From positions 386,446,001 to 386,510,000 of the forward strand of contig OZ024740.1 of the NCBI GenBank assembly GCA_964016885.1: 64,000 nucleotides of DNA, written 5' to 3'. Within the stretch, counting starts at the first letter, position 1, and each line of letters opens with the position of its first letter. The notes beneath the pieces are model-generated. The model did no database searches. It worked only from the letters and a program-made list of their open reading frames with translations, and was not told the DNA's origin. Made by a program: the position numbers and the translations under genes. Shown in pieces: positions 63,135 through 64,000 of this stretch. This stretch comes from Eledone cirrhosa. Taxonomy: Eukaryota.

Positions 63135-64000
63135 ACCTTTTCTACTTGTACTACTGAGTAAATCCACTTCAGTTGCACAAATCTCAACTGACTCTATGTG
63201 CATATTTGAATGTACATTTACGTAGTGTATCAAGTTCTCTTACTTACAATTATTATATTTTTACTTTGAGATTCCTGATGATAGCTATCCCATTTCCTGT
63301 GACAAAATCCAAATAGATATTTAATAATTGCTTCTACTTTTGGCCAGCAATTACCCAGTGTATTACTGGTACTTTATTTTATCGACCCCGTAAGGATGAA
63401 AGGCAAAGTTAACTTCGGCGGGATTTATAGATATTTAATAATAAATAGATATTTTTTAATAATGTTTTCTAATTTAAGAACAAGGCCAGTAATTTGTGGA
63501 GCAGGGAAAGTTGGTTATATTGACCCCAGTTCTTTTATCAACCTCAGAAGGATGAAAGGCAAAGTTGACATTGGCAGCATTTAAAACCAGAATGTAAAGG
63601 GCTGTTACAAAATACTGCAAAACATTTCATACAATGCACTAATGATTCTGTCATTCCACTGCAATTAGACATTTAATAATAAAAGAATGTTATTTAGGTT
63701 TCTAGATTATAAATTTGGAGAACTCCTTGAGCAAACTGAGGATATTGAAATGGAGTGGAGACTGTTCAGCTCAGCAGTTTCAGCTTCAGCTGTTAACCCT
63801 TTAATGTTCAAACTGGCCAAAACTGGCCAGAATTCTCTACCTATTTCTGTTGAAACTGGCTGTAACTGGTCACTCAAACTGACGTTAAGGTATTGTTCGC
63901 AAAATAAATACTTTCAAAATCTCATAGATTCGATATTATGTGAGGTAATTATGTGAGATAAAGCATTTACTATGAAAATATAATAGTATATATAGAGTAA

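Overview
This is AT-rich, microsatellite-dense eukaryotic DNA, either intergenic or deep in an intron. The repeat families resemble those of coleoid cephalopods such as Octopus, which is an inference from remembered SINE and RTE sequences and not a database result. No host protein-coding gene can be supported. The window is a mosaic of retroelements: several RTE-clade LINE copies carrying a PHD-like finger, CRE-clade and R4/Dong-like RLE LINE relics, tRNA-derived SINEs sharing RTE 3' tails, and a tandem array of a short bipartite RTE-derived element. It also holds piggyBac-, mariner- and hAT-type MITEs and one near-intact Penelope-like element (Naiad-like, 758-aa RT plus GIY-YIG) with ~920-bp pseudo-LTRs. 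The main hidden signal is RNA-level. Folding by eye gives about ten minimal type-I hammerhead ribozyme motifs with palindromic helix III between 10.5 and 34.3 kb. Two lie in the Penelope pseudo-LTRs and bracket an exact 3011-nt ORF-containing monomer. The rest lie in short, mutually unrelated non-coding cassettes sitting in (TA)n tracts, often with inverted repeats. Two of them carry the compensatory U3-A8 core (UUGANAA), which standard CUGANGA searches would miss. None of these folds has been computed or tested.
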